NCBI GenBank assembly: GCA_038230375.1
Contig: JBBRNJ010000026.1
Span: 1-64,000 of the forward strand
Length of the DNA: 64,000 nucleotides
Source: Polyangiales bacterium
GTDB taxonomy: Bacteria; Myxococcota_A; Polyangia; Polyangiales; Polyangiaceae
Direction: 5' to 3'
Below the pieces are notes generated by a model that worked only from the letters and a program-made list of their open reading frames with translations, was not told where the DNA came from and did not search any database. Shown in pieces: positions 8,856-18,402 of the stretch (position 1 is its first letter; the number at the start of each line of letters is the position of its first letter). The translations under genes were made by a program, and so were the position numbers.

Positions 8856-9536
8856 GTGACCGACGATCGAGCCGAAGATGGCGCTGGCCTCCCCATCCCA
8901 CTCCCGGGCGGCAAGACCTGGATGCTGGAAGATGCGCTGCGGAAGCTCTCGCTGCGCGCTGGCCTCCCCGGTGCGCGGGTTTACGACCTCTCCGCGAGCG
9001 CCCTCCGCTCCGCAAAGGACAAGGGTGTGTCGCTCGGCGACCGGTTTGCGCTCGCGCTGCCGGCGAGCTGGCTCGTGAACAGCCCCGCAAGCTCGGTCGT
9101 CATGCGTCGCTGGGCTCTCACCCCCGTCCGCGAGGCATGGCTCGAGCTGCTGCAGGCGCTGGACGCCCCCGCGCCCACATTCGCCACCGGTGCGTGGAAG
9201 GACGTCGTCCGCAGCGCGTGGACTCGCCTTGGCGACGAGGCGTTCCTGGTGGAGGCCGCGAGCAAGCTCTGCGCGCTCCTCGTCCCAGATCGCGTCCCGC
9301 TCATGCCGCAGCCCGCACGCGCATTCGTGCTCGGCCCGGAGATGGCGGAGGCCGGCAACCACGCCGCAACGTTCATCGCGATGGTGGACTTCCTGGTGCT
9401 CGCGTCACACGAGAACGACGAGGACCTCCGCCTGGTCGCGGAGCATCACACCGACGTCCCGCTCTCCGGGCCGCAGGTGCTCGACCGCCTGCTCTGGTTC
9501 GACTCCGAAGGGCACCGTCACTGGAAGCAGGCCTGA
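8856..9536 (+). CDS. Hypothetical protein, DUF6308-like
   Basis: ASKLCALLVPDRVPLM and QVLDRLLW resemble the SKL..K.P...P and LD..LW motifs of DUF6308. Confidence 0.55.
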   Translation: MTDDRAEDGAGLPIPLPGGKTWMLEDALRKLSLRAGLPGARVYDLSASALRSAKDKGVSLGDRFALALPASWLVNSPASSVVMRRWALTPVREAWLELLQALDAPAPTFATGAWKDVVRSAWTRLGDEAFLVEAASKLCALLVPDRVPLMPQPARAFVLGPEMAEAGNHAATFIAMVDFLVLASHENDEDLRLVAEHHTDVPLSGPQVLDRLLWFDSEGHRHWKQA

Positions 9537-9563
9537 TGCGAATCCGGCGCCCGCTACCGCTGG

Positions 9564-9821
9564 TCAGCTGCCGGTGAGCTTGTCCACGAGCTTCACGTAG
9601 CTCTCCATCGCCGCGTCCTTGCTCGTGCCCTTCTTCTTGGTCCACGAGTCGAACTTCGCGCGACCCTTGAAGTCCATCATGCCCGGGCGCGATCCTGACA
9701 CGTCACCGGCAGTGGCTTGCTTGTAGAATGCATATAACTCGAGCAAGTCGTCGCTGCCCGGCGCGGACTTCAGCTCCTTGACTCTCTTCTGCGCGTCCTC
9801 GAACTTGGCGGGGAGTTCCAT
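9564..9821 (-). CDS. Acyl-CoA-binding protein (ACBP)
   Basis: LLELYAFYKQATAGD, RPGMMDFKGRAKFDSW, AMESYV. Confidence 0.95.
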   Translation of the reverse strand: MELPAKFEDAQKRVKELKSAPGSDDLLELYAFYKQATAGDVSGSRPGMMDFKGRAKFDSWTKKKGTSKDAAMESYVKLVDKLTGS

Positions 9822-9893
9822 GGACACGACTATCGCACCGGTTGCGGGCGCTGCACAACGCGCTTTCGAGCCCGGGACATCTCGCGGGTGCGT

Positions 9894-10586
9894 TCAGTGC
9901 GACGTGACGCAGGTGTAGGTCGATGGATCGCAGAGCGGCTTGCCTGCTGGGCAGTCACCGGAGCTGGTGCATTCCACGCAGACATCGTGCAAGCGGTCGC
10001 AGCGAGGCTTGTGGCCGGGGCATTCGTCGTCGCGGTCACACTCCGTGCAACGTCCCGTCAGCGGGTCGCATTCGAGCTTGGTGCCGTTGCCCACGCAGTC
10101 CGCGTTGGAGCGGCACTGGATGCACAGACCCTGGTTTTCCAGGCACTTCGGCGTGGCCGCGGGGCAACTGGTGTCTTTCATGTTCTCGGAGCACGTCACG
10201 ATGCACGTGTGGGTCGTGCTCTCGCACATCGCGGTCTCCGGCGGGGTCGCCTTGCAGTCCCCGCTGACGCCGCAGTTGACGCAGCGGTGGAGAGCACCGT
10301 CGCAGCGCGGGGAGGTCGCTGGACAGTTCGTATCGCGCACGCACTCGACACACGCGCCCGAGAACTGGTCGCAGTACAGATTGGCCAGACGGCAGTCGGG
10401 GTCCGACGCGCAGCGCGCAAGCGAGCCGCTCGAGCCGTCGCCTGCGGCGCCATCCGGGTCACCGCCATCGCCGACACCGAGCTTGCTGCCGGTGCCGTCG
10501 AAGTAGAACGAGTCGGAGCACGCAGAGAACGTGAGGGCCGCGGCGATCGAGAGCCCTGCGATCAACGCTGACGTTGTTGCCCTCAC
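9894..10586 (-). CDS. Cys-rich repeat lipoprotein
   Basis: GTG start overlaps the upstream TGA (GTGA); lipobox FSAC; repeated C(V/T)EC..D.DC....P.CD units. Confidence 0.8.
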   Translation of the reverse strand: MRATTSALIAGLSIAAALTFSACSDSFYFDGTGSKLGVGDGGDPDGAAGDGSSGSLARCASDPDCRLANLYCDQFSGACVECVRDTNCPATSPRCDGALHRCVNCGVSGDCKATPPETAMCESTTHTCIVTCSENMKDTSCPAATPKCLENQGLCIQCRSNADCVGNGTKLECDPLTGRCTECDRDDECPGHKPRCDRLHDVCVECTSSGDCPAGKPLCDPSTYTCVTSH

Positions 10587-11770
10587 GGAGCTTCCCGTAG
10601 CACCGATTCCGCTTCGTCCCGTGCGAATCCGCGCGGCCATCGGCTCAGATACTCGCGTGCCGCAACCTTCGCGCGCGCGGGGTTCGACGTGCGGAGCACC
10701 TTGACCCGTTGCGCCGCCGCGCTCTCGGCGAGTGGTCCTTGAGGATACTTCGCGAGAAGGCGCTCGAACGAAGCAGCCGCGCCAGCCATGTCGCCTCGGT
10801 GCTTCTTTTCGATGCCGTCGTCGAAGAGATCATTCTGCTCGATGGTGGAGGAACCAGAGGAGGCAGACGAACCGGATGAACCGGAGGAGGCCACCTGCGG
10901 AGTTACAGGGTCGCGCGTGATCCCACCCGACGGCCCGCCGGACGGAACAGGCGACGGCGGCGTGCTCGATTGCAGCGCGGGCCCGGTAGGCTGCGGTCCG
11001 GCAACTTGCATGCAGGTGGGCCACGACTGGCCTGCGGTGAGCCGGGCCTCTGCCCCGTCGCGGCGCACGACGACGACGCCCTCGTCCACGCTCACGCGCG
11101 TGGCGTGGCCGTCGCACGTGGTCGTGGGATCCGTGACCTCCACGTGGAAGCGCGTACCGCGCACCTCCACTTCTGCATCCAAGGTCCGCACCACGAGGCG
11201 CTCGCTCGTCTCGAGCTTCGCAACGCGCAGGTCCAGCGTGCCCTTGCCGAGCGAGTAGATGCGGTTCTGATCATCTTCGACGATGGACATGTCCGAGCCG
11301 CCTCCAAGCGTGAGCTCGGTGCCGCTGGGATGTGCGAGGACGATCTTGCCGTCGGCGGGCGTCATCACCCGCTGGCCGTGGGAGACGAGGGCGCCGTCGC
11401 GTAGCGGTGTGGCCTTGATCAGGTCCGACTCGTTGGATGCGATCACGGTCGCGCGCATGCCGTTCTGCGCGGACCCAGAGACCGGGTGCACGCGCAGGGG
11501 CGTGCTGCTCGCCACGCCCGCGTCACCAGCTGACGGGAGCACCCTGAACACGCCGAGCACGATCGCCGCGGCGGCAGCGACGGAAGCGGCGACGCCGAGC
11601 CCCAGACGCACACGCTTGCGGCGGCTGCGTGTCGCGATCGCGCGCTCGATAGCGACGATCGCCGCACCACGTGCTTCCGATGACGGCGGCGCGCCCTCGA
11701 GCTTCACCGACTCACGAAGGAACCTGGCAGCCCCCGCAGCGGACGGTCCGGCGTTGCGGGGCGCCGTCAT
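10583..11770 (-). CDS. FecR-domain anti-sigma factor with a C-terminal TPR-like region
   Basis: One TM helix, VEVRGTRFHV and VSVDEGVVVV FecR motifs, LLAKYPQGPLAE and YLSRWPRG TPR motifs. Confidence 0.88.
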   Translation of the reverse strand: MTAPRNAGPSAAGAARFLRESVKLEGAPPSSEARGAAIVAIERAIATRSRRKRVRLGLGVAASVAAAAAIVLGVFRVLPSAGDAGVASSTPLRVHPVSGSAQNGMRATVIASNESDLIKATPLRDGALVSHGQRVMTPADGKIVLAHPSGTELTLGGGSDMSIVEDDQNRIYSLGKGTLDLRVAKLETSERLVVRTLDAEVEVRGTRFHVEVTDPTTTCDGHATRVSVDEGVVVVRRDGAEARLTAGQSWPTCMQVAGPQPTGPALQSSTPPSPVPSGGPSGGITRDPVTPQVASSGSSGSSASSGSSTIEQNDLFDDGIEKKHRGDMAGAAASFERLLAKYPQGPLAESAAAQRVKVLRTSNPARAKVAAREYLSRWPRGFARDEAESVLREAP

Positions 11771-12447
11771 GATGACACCCCCTCTTCGGCCAGCACGTGC
11801 GCGAGCTCCGGATCGCTCGCCATGCGCTCCTCGAGCTCACGCCGGCCGCGCACCAGCCGCGTCTGCGCTGCCGCGACGGACACCTGCGTGATCTGGGCGA
11901 TCTCCTTCAGGTCGTACCCGCACACGTCGTGGAGGACGTAGGTCCACGCCTTGCCCTCTTCGATGCCGCGGAGGTGTCCCGCGACGCGATCGAGCGTGTC
12001 ACGCATCTGCGCCTCGCGACCCACGTCGGATCGCGAGGTGGTCTGCAGGGTCTCCACAAGGACGCCATCGAATATTCGTCGCTCGATCACGCGACGACGG
12101 ATCTGCTTGTAGACCACGTGCGCCGACAACGTGGAGATCCACGAGTCGAGCGAGCAGTCGCCCCTGTAGCGATCGATGGTGAATACGAGCTCAATCATTG
12201 CAAGCTGCGCGAGATCCTCGTGATCCCGGTCCCCCGCTCCCAGAAGGCGCCTGATGGTGCGGTCCACGACAGGCCGGGCCCGGTCGTGCAATGCGGTCGC
12301 TGCGCTGCGGTCCCCGGCGCGAAGAGCGGCCAGAAGCTCACTGTCGTCGAGGGTCGGCGCAGGCGTCTGTCTCGTCGAAGTGCCACTGGTTGGTTCTCCC
12401 CGCACCAAGCGCAGCCGCGGTCGCGAGTTGTGCGAAGGCGGCGCCAT
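11767..12447 (-). CDS. ECF RNA polymerase sigma-70 factor
   Basis: EDLAQLAMIEL..IDRYRGDCSLDSW (region 2) and YDLKEIA..AAAQTRLVRGR (region 4); ATGA-coupled to the anti-sigma gene. Confidence 0.9.
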   Translation of the reverse strand: MAPPSHNSRPRLRLVRGEPTSGTSTRQTPAPTLDDSELLAALRAGDRSAATALHDRARPVVDRTIRRLLGAGDRDHEDLAQLAMIELVFTIDRYRGDCSLDSWISTLSAHVVYKQIRRRVIERRIFDGVLVETLQTTSRSDVGREAQMRDTLDRVAGHLRGIEEGKAWTYVLHDVCGYDLKEIAQITQVSVAAAQTRLVRGRRELEERMASDPELAHVLAEEGVSS

Positions 12448-12729
12448 CAGATGTCTTCGTTGAATCCAGTACCCATCGAGCCCTCGTAGCAGGCACTTAA
12501 TTCTACTGCGGGAAGTTGCGTCCCAGTTCTCAGTTTCGTTCGGGCTTGCGCGCGGCAGCGTGAAAAACGCGGCGGGGCCGCTGTCAGGGCCCTTGAAGCG
12601 ACCGAGCGACGCTTGGTGCCTGTCGCTCGCTGCCGCCAGTAGTCCCCGGATACGCCGGGTATTGTCCCGTTGCCACGGCGCGATTGTTACGTAGATTCGA
12701 GGCTGGGACGGCGACATCCCGCAGTTGTG

Positions 12730-13680
12730 TCAAAAGCGTACCCGAAACCCCAGCTCCCCGAATCCCCGCACGGGAACCAGCGTTGCGGCCTTCTGCATGC
12801 GTAGGTAAAGGTCGGTCTGGCCGTACGCGATCTCGGTGCCTGCGCCGATGAGCAGTCCCGTCGCTTCGTTGAAATACCATGCGAAGTCGAGCGCGATGTT
12901 GGTGGCGGGCAGAAGATGTGAATGCTGCAGGGCCGCGGTGTCGTCCGCGTCGAGATGACTGACCTGCTCCCAGAGGAGGAGCATGTCTACCCTTCCGCCG
13001 AGCTCGAGTGCCCCTCGTCGCAGCAGCCGTGCCCGTGCTCCCAGACCACCCGCGACCACGGTCGCCGTGGCCGCAACGGGGCCGACCTGGCCGCTGCGTC
13101 CGCTGGCGCTCGCGCGGAGCCCGAGCCAAGGGGTCACGTACCACTCGAGCGCAAGGCCGCCACCGAACCCGCCGCCGTAACCGCCGATGCCCGCCGCGCC
13201 AAGCCCCGTGGCGGATGCTGCACCGCGAAACGTCCTCGGCAGCGTCGGCGGAGGAATCACCGGGACCGCGTCGACGGGCGGCGTGCCTGCGACGGTCCCC
13301 ACGCCGGTCTGGTCGCTCGGGCGATCCGCGCTCTCCGGCAACATCGAGGCGAGCGCAAAACCGATGGTGCGTCCGCGCTCACGCGACGCATCGTGCGCAT
13401 CGAAGCCGATGTCGCGGTCGACCCACGAGCCGTCCACCACGCGGAGCATGCGCAGGTGCACGTGACGGTGTCCGTCGGACCAGCTCACCGTGACGACAGC
13501 GTCAGCGCCCTCCGACACCTTCTGCATCGCCTCGTCGGTGGGGGCGTCCGCGTATCCGGAAAGCCTCACCACGGCATCCGCGCCCAGCGTCCGGTGCGCG
13601 GCCTCGATCGCGGCGCTCGTCGATGGATCCGTCGCGTCTGTGGACTGGACCAGCAAGACGAGAACGAGGGCGTGGGACAT
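12730..13680 (-). CDS. Hypothetical exported protein with a beta-barrel-like C-terminus (ECF cassette associated)
   Basis: Signal-like N-terminus, Pro linker, amphipathic Gly-rich strands, terminal GFRVRF. Confidence 0.65.
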   Translation of the reverse strand: MSHALVLVLLVQSTDATDPSTSAAIEAAHRTLGADAVVRLSGYADAPTDEAMQKVSEGADAVVTVSWSDGHRHVHLRMLRVVDGSWVDRDIGFDAHDASRERGRTIGFALASMLPESADRPSDQTGVGTVAGTPPVDAVPVIPPPTLPRTFRGAASATGLGAAGIGGYGGGFGGGLALEWYVTPWLGLRASASGRSGQVGPVAATATVVAGGLGARARLLRRGALELGGRVDMLLLWEQVSHLDADDTAALQHSHLLPATNIALDFAWYFNEATGLLIGAGTEIAYGQTDLYLRMQKAATLVPVRGFGELGFRVRF

Positions 13681-13692
13681 ACGCGAGGGCCT

Positions 13693-15306
13693 TCAGGTGG
13701 CTGTGTAGTGCTCGCGCAGCATCTCACGCAGCTCTGTCTTCTTGAACTTGCCAGCGGACGTCCGCGGGATGGCATCCATGAAGACGAATGCGTCGGGCAG
13801 CCAGAATTTCGCGAAATGCGGCGCCAGATGCGCGCGAAGCTCGTCTTCCGTCACCACCGCGCCCTCCTTCTTCACGACCGCAGCGATGGGACGCTCGCTC
13901 CACCTCGGATGCGGCACGCCGACGACCGCCGCCTCGCGCACGGCTGGATGCCCCATGAGCGCGTTCTCCAGCTGCACCGTGGCGATCCATTCGCCGCCGC
14001 TCTTGATCAGATCGGCGATGCGATCTACGAGCTGCACGTATCCGAAGCGGTCCACGTTCGCCACGTCGCCGGTACGGAAATACCCGTCGTCGGTGAAGCG
14101 ATCCTTCGCGTCGATGCCGAAGTAGCTGCCCGTGATCCACGGGCCGCGGACCAGCACCTCGCCGCTGGTCTTCTCGTCGCGTGGGACGTCGCCCTGCTCG
14201 TTGCGTACGCGCACGTCCACGAACGGCACGGGCACGCCCTGCTTCGCGCGGAGCTTGTAGCGCGTGTCTTCGTCCACACCCGCGACGTCTGGCGTGAGGC
14301 GCGACACCAGGCCCACCGGAGACGTCTCTGTCATGCCCCACGCGTGGATCAGCATGAGCCCGAGACGATCGAAATCACGCACCAGCTTCTCCGGCACCGC
14401 GGCGCCGCCAACGACCATGCGCAACCCCGGCGCGAGCTTCCACTTGCTGGGCGCGGCGTCCAGGGCATCACGGATGCCCAGCCAGATCGTGGGAACGCCT
14501 GCCGCGATGGTCACCTTCTCGCTCTCGATGAGATCGAGAATGCTCGCAGGATCCAGGTGCGGACCCGGATGCACCTGCTTGGCGCCGACCAGGGCCGCCG
14601 CGTACGGCAGGCCCCACGCGTTGACGTGGAACATGGGTACCACGGGCAGGATAGTGTCGGCGCGCGACAGGCAGAGCGAGTCCGGCATGGCCGTCACCAT
14701 CGCGTGGAGGAGCGTGGAGCGGTGGGTGTACACTACACCCTTCGGCTTGCCCGTGGTGCCGCTCGTGTAGCACATGCCAAGCGCGTCCTCCTCGGCGAGC
14801 TCGGGCAGCGCGCCCTCCTTCGGTGCGGCGGCGAGCCACGCTTCGTAGTCCACGTCTGTCCCGGTGACGTTGCCGTTCGCGCCCACCACGAACACCTTCT
14901 CGAACGGCACCAGCGCGCGGAACTTCTCGAACAGGGGGAGCAGGACGTGGTCCACGAACAGGAGCCTGTCGCCCGCGTCGTTCGCGATGAACGCGATCTC
15001 GTCCGGGTGCAGGCGCAGGTTCAGCGTGTGGAGGATGGCGCCGGACAGTGGCACACCGAAGTACGCCGTCAGGTGCGCCGCATGGTTCCACATGAGCGTC
15101 GCGACGCGGTCGCCCTTCTTGATGCCCAGCGCGGAGAGGCCGCGCGCCATGGCCTCTGCGCGCGCGATCACCTGCCCGTACGTGGTGCGGGAGATCGACC
15201 GGTCGGGCTCACGGTGGACCACCTCCACATGCGCGAGCTCCGTCTTGCACCGCTCCGTCACCCGGGTGAGGGTGAGCGGCACGTTCATCATCGTCCCTGC
15301 GGGCAT
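13693..15306 (-). CDS. Long/medium-chain fatty acid-CoA ligase (AMP-binding)
   Basis: YTSGTTGKPKG, WGMTETSP, FRTGD, IKSGGEW, GKFKK. Confidence 0.95.
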   Translation of the reverse strand: MPAGTMMNVPLTLTRVTERCKTELAHVEVVHREPDRSISRTTYGQVIARAEAMARGLSALGIKKGDRVATLMWNHAAHLTAYFGVPLSGAILHTLNLRLHPDEIAFIANDAGDRLLFVDHVLLPLFEKFRALVPFEKVFVVGANGNVTGTDVDYEAWLAAAPKEGALPELAEEDALGMCYTSGTTGKPKGVVYTHRSTLLHAMVTAMPDSLCLSRADTILPVVPMFHVNAWGLPYAAALVGAKQVHPGPHLDPASILDLIESEKVTIAAGVPTIWLGIRDALDAAPSKWKLAPGLRMVVGGAAVPEKLVRDFDRLGLMLIHAWGMTETSPVGLVSRLTPDVAGVDEDTRYKLRAKQGVPVPFVDVRVRNEQGDVPRDEKTSGEVLVRGPWITGSYFGIDAKDRFTDDGYFRTGDVANVDRFGYVQLVDRIADLIKSGGEWIATVQLENALMGHPAVREAAVVGVPHPRWSERPIAAVVKKEGAVVTEDELRAHLAPHFAKFWLPDAFVFMDAIPRTSAGKFKKTELREMLREHYTAT

Positions 15307-15366
15307 GGGCTGACCTCCGGCGAACGAAGGTAGCAAAACTCGCAGCGCCGGAACGGCTCGTTCTCG

Positions 15367-17061
15367 CTACTGCACGTAGCCCCGCGTGTTCTCGCCGCCC
15401 TCGCGATACTCCGCGCTCGGAATCGAGAGCAGCTCCTCGAGCGAGGCCCCCTCGTTCGCGGCGTTCGAGAGATCGTACAAGACCGCTCGGGCGCCCTTCG
15501 TGGACGCGTTGCCCAGCGCAGCGTCGATCTCGGGCCTCGCGGCCTGGAGCGCATCGAGCGTTCGCTGCGCGGACAGGTCGCGCTGACGGAACGAGGTCTC
15601 CTGCTCGAGGGAGCTCTCCAGCTGCTCGCGCTTCTGGGAGAGCAGTGCCGCGGTGCCCTGGCGCACGCGCGCGTCCTGGTGGTGGAGCAGAGGAAGAAGG
15701 GCCGTTGCGCTCTCGGTCTGGGCCGCCTGGCGGAACATGTGCAGCACGGGCCGGTATTCACCCTGCTCGATGCGCGCAACGTTCACCTTGGCGGAGACGA
15801 GGTGCGTCGGGAAGATCGCGTACAGCACGAACGTGGCAGCGAACGCGTCCAGCTGCCGGCGCACGAGCCAGCCGAAGCTGCGCGTGCGAACCAGCTTCGT
15901 GAGCACCAGCGCCATGCCACCCACCACAAGCGTGGTGCCCAGGATGCCCACGATGCGGAGGTCCGACAGGCCGCTGTAGGAGATGTGCATGCCGATGCGG
16001 CGATACGTGCCGAGCGCCAGCACCAGCCCCTGGCCCATCCACACGTACGACAGGATGCGGGCAAGCCGGGCCTTCGGATCATGCGCGAGCGCGCCGCGGA
16101 ACAGGTAGCCGACGACGACGGTCAGCATCGCGAGCGCCACCGTCAGCCACGCGGCGCCCTGGTGCGCGTAGATCTGCGTCGTGGTGCCTTTCGGCGGAAC
16201 GCCAGCCCAGAGACATGCGGCGTCCAGCACGTTGTAGCCAGCGAACATCACGTTGAGCAGGAGCAGTGTATTACGTGCAATCTGCACGTTTGTGCTCGTC
16301 GCTTCGCCCGTGGTGACGGCCGCCTCGGGCGCGAGCGTCTTGTGGCACGCCGGGCGCAACAGTGTGGCGCCCACGATCAACGTCACGGCCCACAGGCCGA
16401 TGCGGAGCGGATGCGGGAACCCAACCACGCGGGCGAATGCAGCCCAGCCCGCGGTGACGGCGTGCTCCACCATCGGGTTCGCGAGCGCGAAGACGCCCAG
16501 GAACGCGGCCGCCACGCCCAGCGGCACCACCACGGGCAGAACGGAGAAGCGGCCCATCCGGGTCTTCGCATACGCGTTGCGGACGCCGGCGAACGTGGCT
16601 CCCACCCGCGAAGGGAACCGATCGATCGACGAGAACACGGACGCGACGATCTCGGGCACGTACGTCTTTCGCATGCGCAGCGCCACGACGAACGCAAAGA
16701 CCAGCGCGAGCCCGGACAGGATCGAACCCGCGTTCGGCGCCACCACGGCCCTCGCAGCGCATCCGATGAGGAGCGCGCCAAGCACGAAGAGCCGCGCGGT
16801 CCGGCGCGTCTTCCGTGCGACCACGAGCGCGATCAGCGGGACCACCACGAGCATGATCGCCGCGCCGATACCGCCCGAGCCGAACCACTCGCCGTTCCAG
16901 AGCGCGATGTCCACCGCGAGCGCCACGCCCAGCAGGCCCGCGAGCTCACGAAGGCGAAACGGCGGCGGCTTGTTGTTCTTGCGATGCACCCACGCCGGCG
17001 TGGGGGCCGGGCCGGCGCGATAGGGCGTGGTCCACTGCGGGAACTGGGGCTGGCTCGACAT
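15367..17061 (-). CDS. DUF4173/DUF4153 family multi-pass membrane protein
   Basis: Many TM segments; ANPMV, YAHQGAAWL and YSGLSDLRI motifs. Confidence 0.8.
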   Translation of the reverse strand: MSSQPQFPQWTTPYRAGPAPTPAWVHRKNNKPPPFRLRELAGLLGVALAVDIALWNGEWFGSGGIGAAIMLVVVPLIALVVARKTRRTARLFVLGALLIGCAARAVVAPNAGSILSGLALVFAFVVALRMRKTYVPEIVASVFSSIDRFPSRVGATFAGVRNAYAKTRMGRFSVLPVVVPLGVAAAFLGVFALANPMVEHAVTAGWAAFARVVGFPHPLRIGLWAVTLIVGATLLRPACHKTLAPEAAVTTGEATSTNVQIARNTLLLLNVMFAGYNVLDAACLWAGVPPKGTTTQIYAHQGAAWLTVALAMLTVVVGYLFRGALAHDPKARLARILSYVWMGQGLVLALGTYRRIGMHISYSGLSDLRIVGILGTTLVVGGMALVLTKLVRTRSFGWLVRRQLDAFAATFVLYAIFPTHLVSAKVNVARIEQGEYRPVLHMFRQAAQTESATALLPLLHHQDARVRQGTAALLSQKREQLESSLEQETSFRQRDLSAQRTLDALQAARPEIDAALGNASTKGARAVLYDLSNAANEGASLEELLSIPSAEYREGGENTRGYVQ

Positions 17062-17191
17062 GCGATGTTGGACGCATGGCGAAGCCCGCTTGTTTCACCG
17101 CTCGAAAGGCCCCCGGAGCCGCTCACGCGTCGATCGCGACCGATGGGGCTAGCGCCCCCGAAAAGCGCACGCCGAAACGGTGATCGGCGCC

Positions 17192-18346
17192 TTACAAAGC
17201 AGTGCGTTCCACGGGCTGGCCGAGCGCGATGCGCCCCGCGAGCGCATACGTGGAAGGCGCCACCATCGCGTGCTGGGTGGCCACGTGGATGTCGCGGAAG
17301 TGCCGCTCGAGCGGGCTCCGCTTGTAGATGCCCGTCGCGCCGCCAGCCTCGTACATGAGATCCACGGCGTGGGCGCAGGCGCGGGTCGCGTGCGTGGCGG
17401 CCAGGCGCAAGGCGGCCCTGTCATGGTCGGTGATCGCTCCATCGCGCGTCGCCTTCGCGAAGACCTCGTCGGCCGTCGAGAGTAGGTAGGCGCGCGCGCC
17501 GAGCACGCAGGCGTTCGCCTCGCCCACCTGCACCTGCACCATCTCGCGCTCGGCCATGGTGCGCCGGGCCCCGCCGGGCTTCTTCTTCTGCGCCAGGCCC
17601 ACGAGCTCGGTGATCGCCTCGCGTGCGATGCCCATGCATACCGCCGCCACGCCGAGCGAGAGCAGTCCAATGGGCGGAAATGTGTAGAGTGCACTCTTCA
17701 CCTGGGGCGCCGTACCAATGAACTTTATCGCGCGCTCGCGCGGGACCACCGCGTCCTCCACGGAGAGGTCGTGGCTGCCGGTGCCGCGCAGGCCCGACGT
17801 GTCCCACGTATCGACGATGCTGGTCTGTGCGGCGTCCAGCACGACGTGGCGCAGGTCCACCTCGCCGTCGTCACCGATGACCGGCTTGCCGTCGCGGGTC
17901 ATGACCACGCCGAGCGTGCGATACGCGGAGTGACCGCAGCCGCTCGCGAATGCCCACCTGCCGCGCACACGCAGCTCGCCCGAGGGCAGCTCCACTGCCT
18001 CTCCTGATGGAGCGAACACGCCGCACGCGAGTACGTCCTTCTCGCCGAAGAGCCGCGTCCCCACGTCCGCTGGCAACCACGCGGACAGGAGCCCCGACGT
18101 GACACCCACCATCAGGCACCAGCCCAGCGCAGAGTCTGCGCGCGAGACCTCCTCGATCACGCGCACCACCTCCGACGGCTCGCACTCGAGCCCGCCGTAC
18201 GCGCGCGGAACGAGCATCTTGAACGCGCCCGTCGCAGCGAGCGCACCCACGCTCGCCTGGCTGACCTTGCGGGATTCGTCACCGGCCGCAGCTGCACTCC
18301 TCACGTCGTGGGCGAGCGCGGCGCATGCCTCGAGCAGGGCTGACAT
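17192..18346 (-). CDS. Acyl-CoA dehydrogenase-like flavin-dependent monooxygenase (HsaA/DszC type)
   Basis: VPRAYGGLE, GRWAFASGC, WDTSGLRGTGSHD, LERHFRDIH; TACAAT 6 nt before the ATG. Confidence 0.88.
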   Translation of the reverse strand: MSALLEACAALAHDVRSAAAAGDESRKVSQASVGALAATGAFKMLVPRAYGGLECEPSEVVRVIEEVSRADSALGWCLMVGVTSGLLSAWLPADVGTRLFGEKDVLACGVFAPSGEAVELPSGELRVRGRWAFASGCGHSAYRTLGVVMTRDGKPVIGDDGEVDLRHVVLDAAQTSIVDTWDTSGLRGTGSHDLSVEDAVVPRERAIKFIGTAPQVKSALYTFPPIGLLSLGVAAVCMGIAREAITELVGLAQKKKPGGARRTMAEREMVQVQVGEANACVLGARAYLLSTADEVFAKATRDGAITDHDRAALRLAATHATRACAHAVDLMYEAGGATGIYKRSPLERHFRDIHVATQHAMVAPSTYALAGRIALGQPVERTAL

Positions 18347-18402
18347 TCGCTCATTGTACACTGGTGTCGCGCGTCCGTGCTTCCGGTATCCTGCCCTGGC
18401 TC

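Noticed and set aside
6102..9600. Prophage or integrative element at tRNA-Ser
   Set aside because: No integrase, phage or conjugation genes recognised and no long att duplication noticed in the window
12922..15333. Long antisense ORFs (803 aa here; also 4352-6052, 43118-44842, 51663-53474, 56668-59370)
   Set aside because: Shadow frames of high-GC3 genes with no motifs of their own
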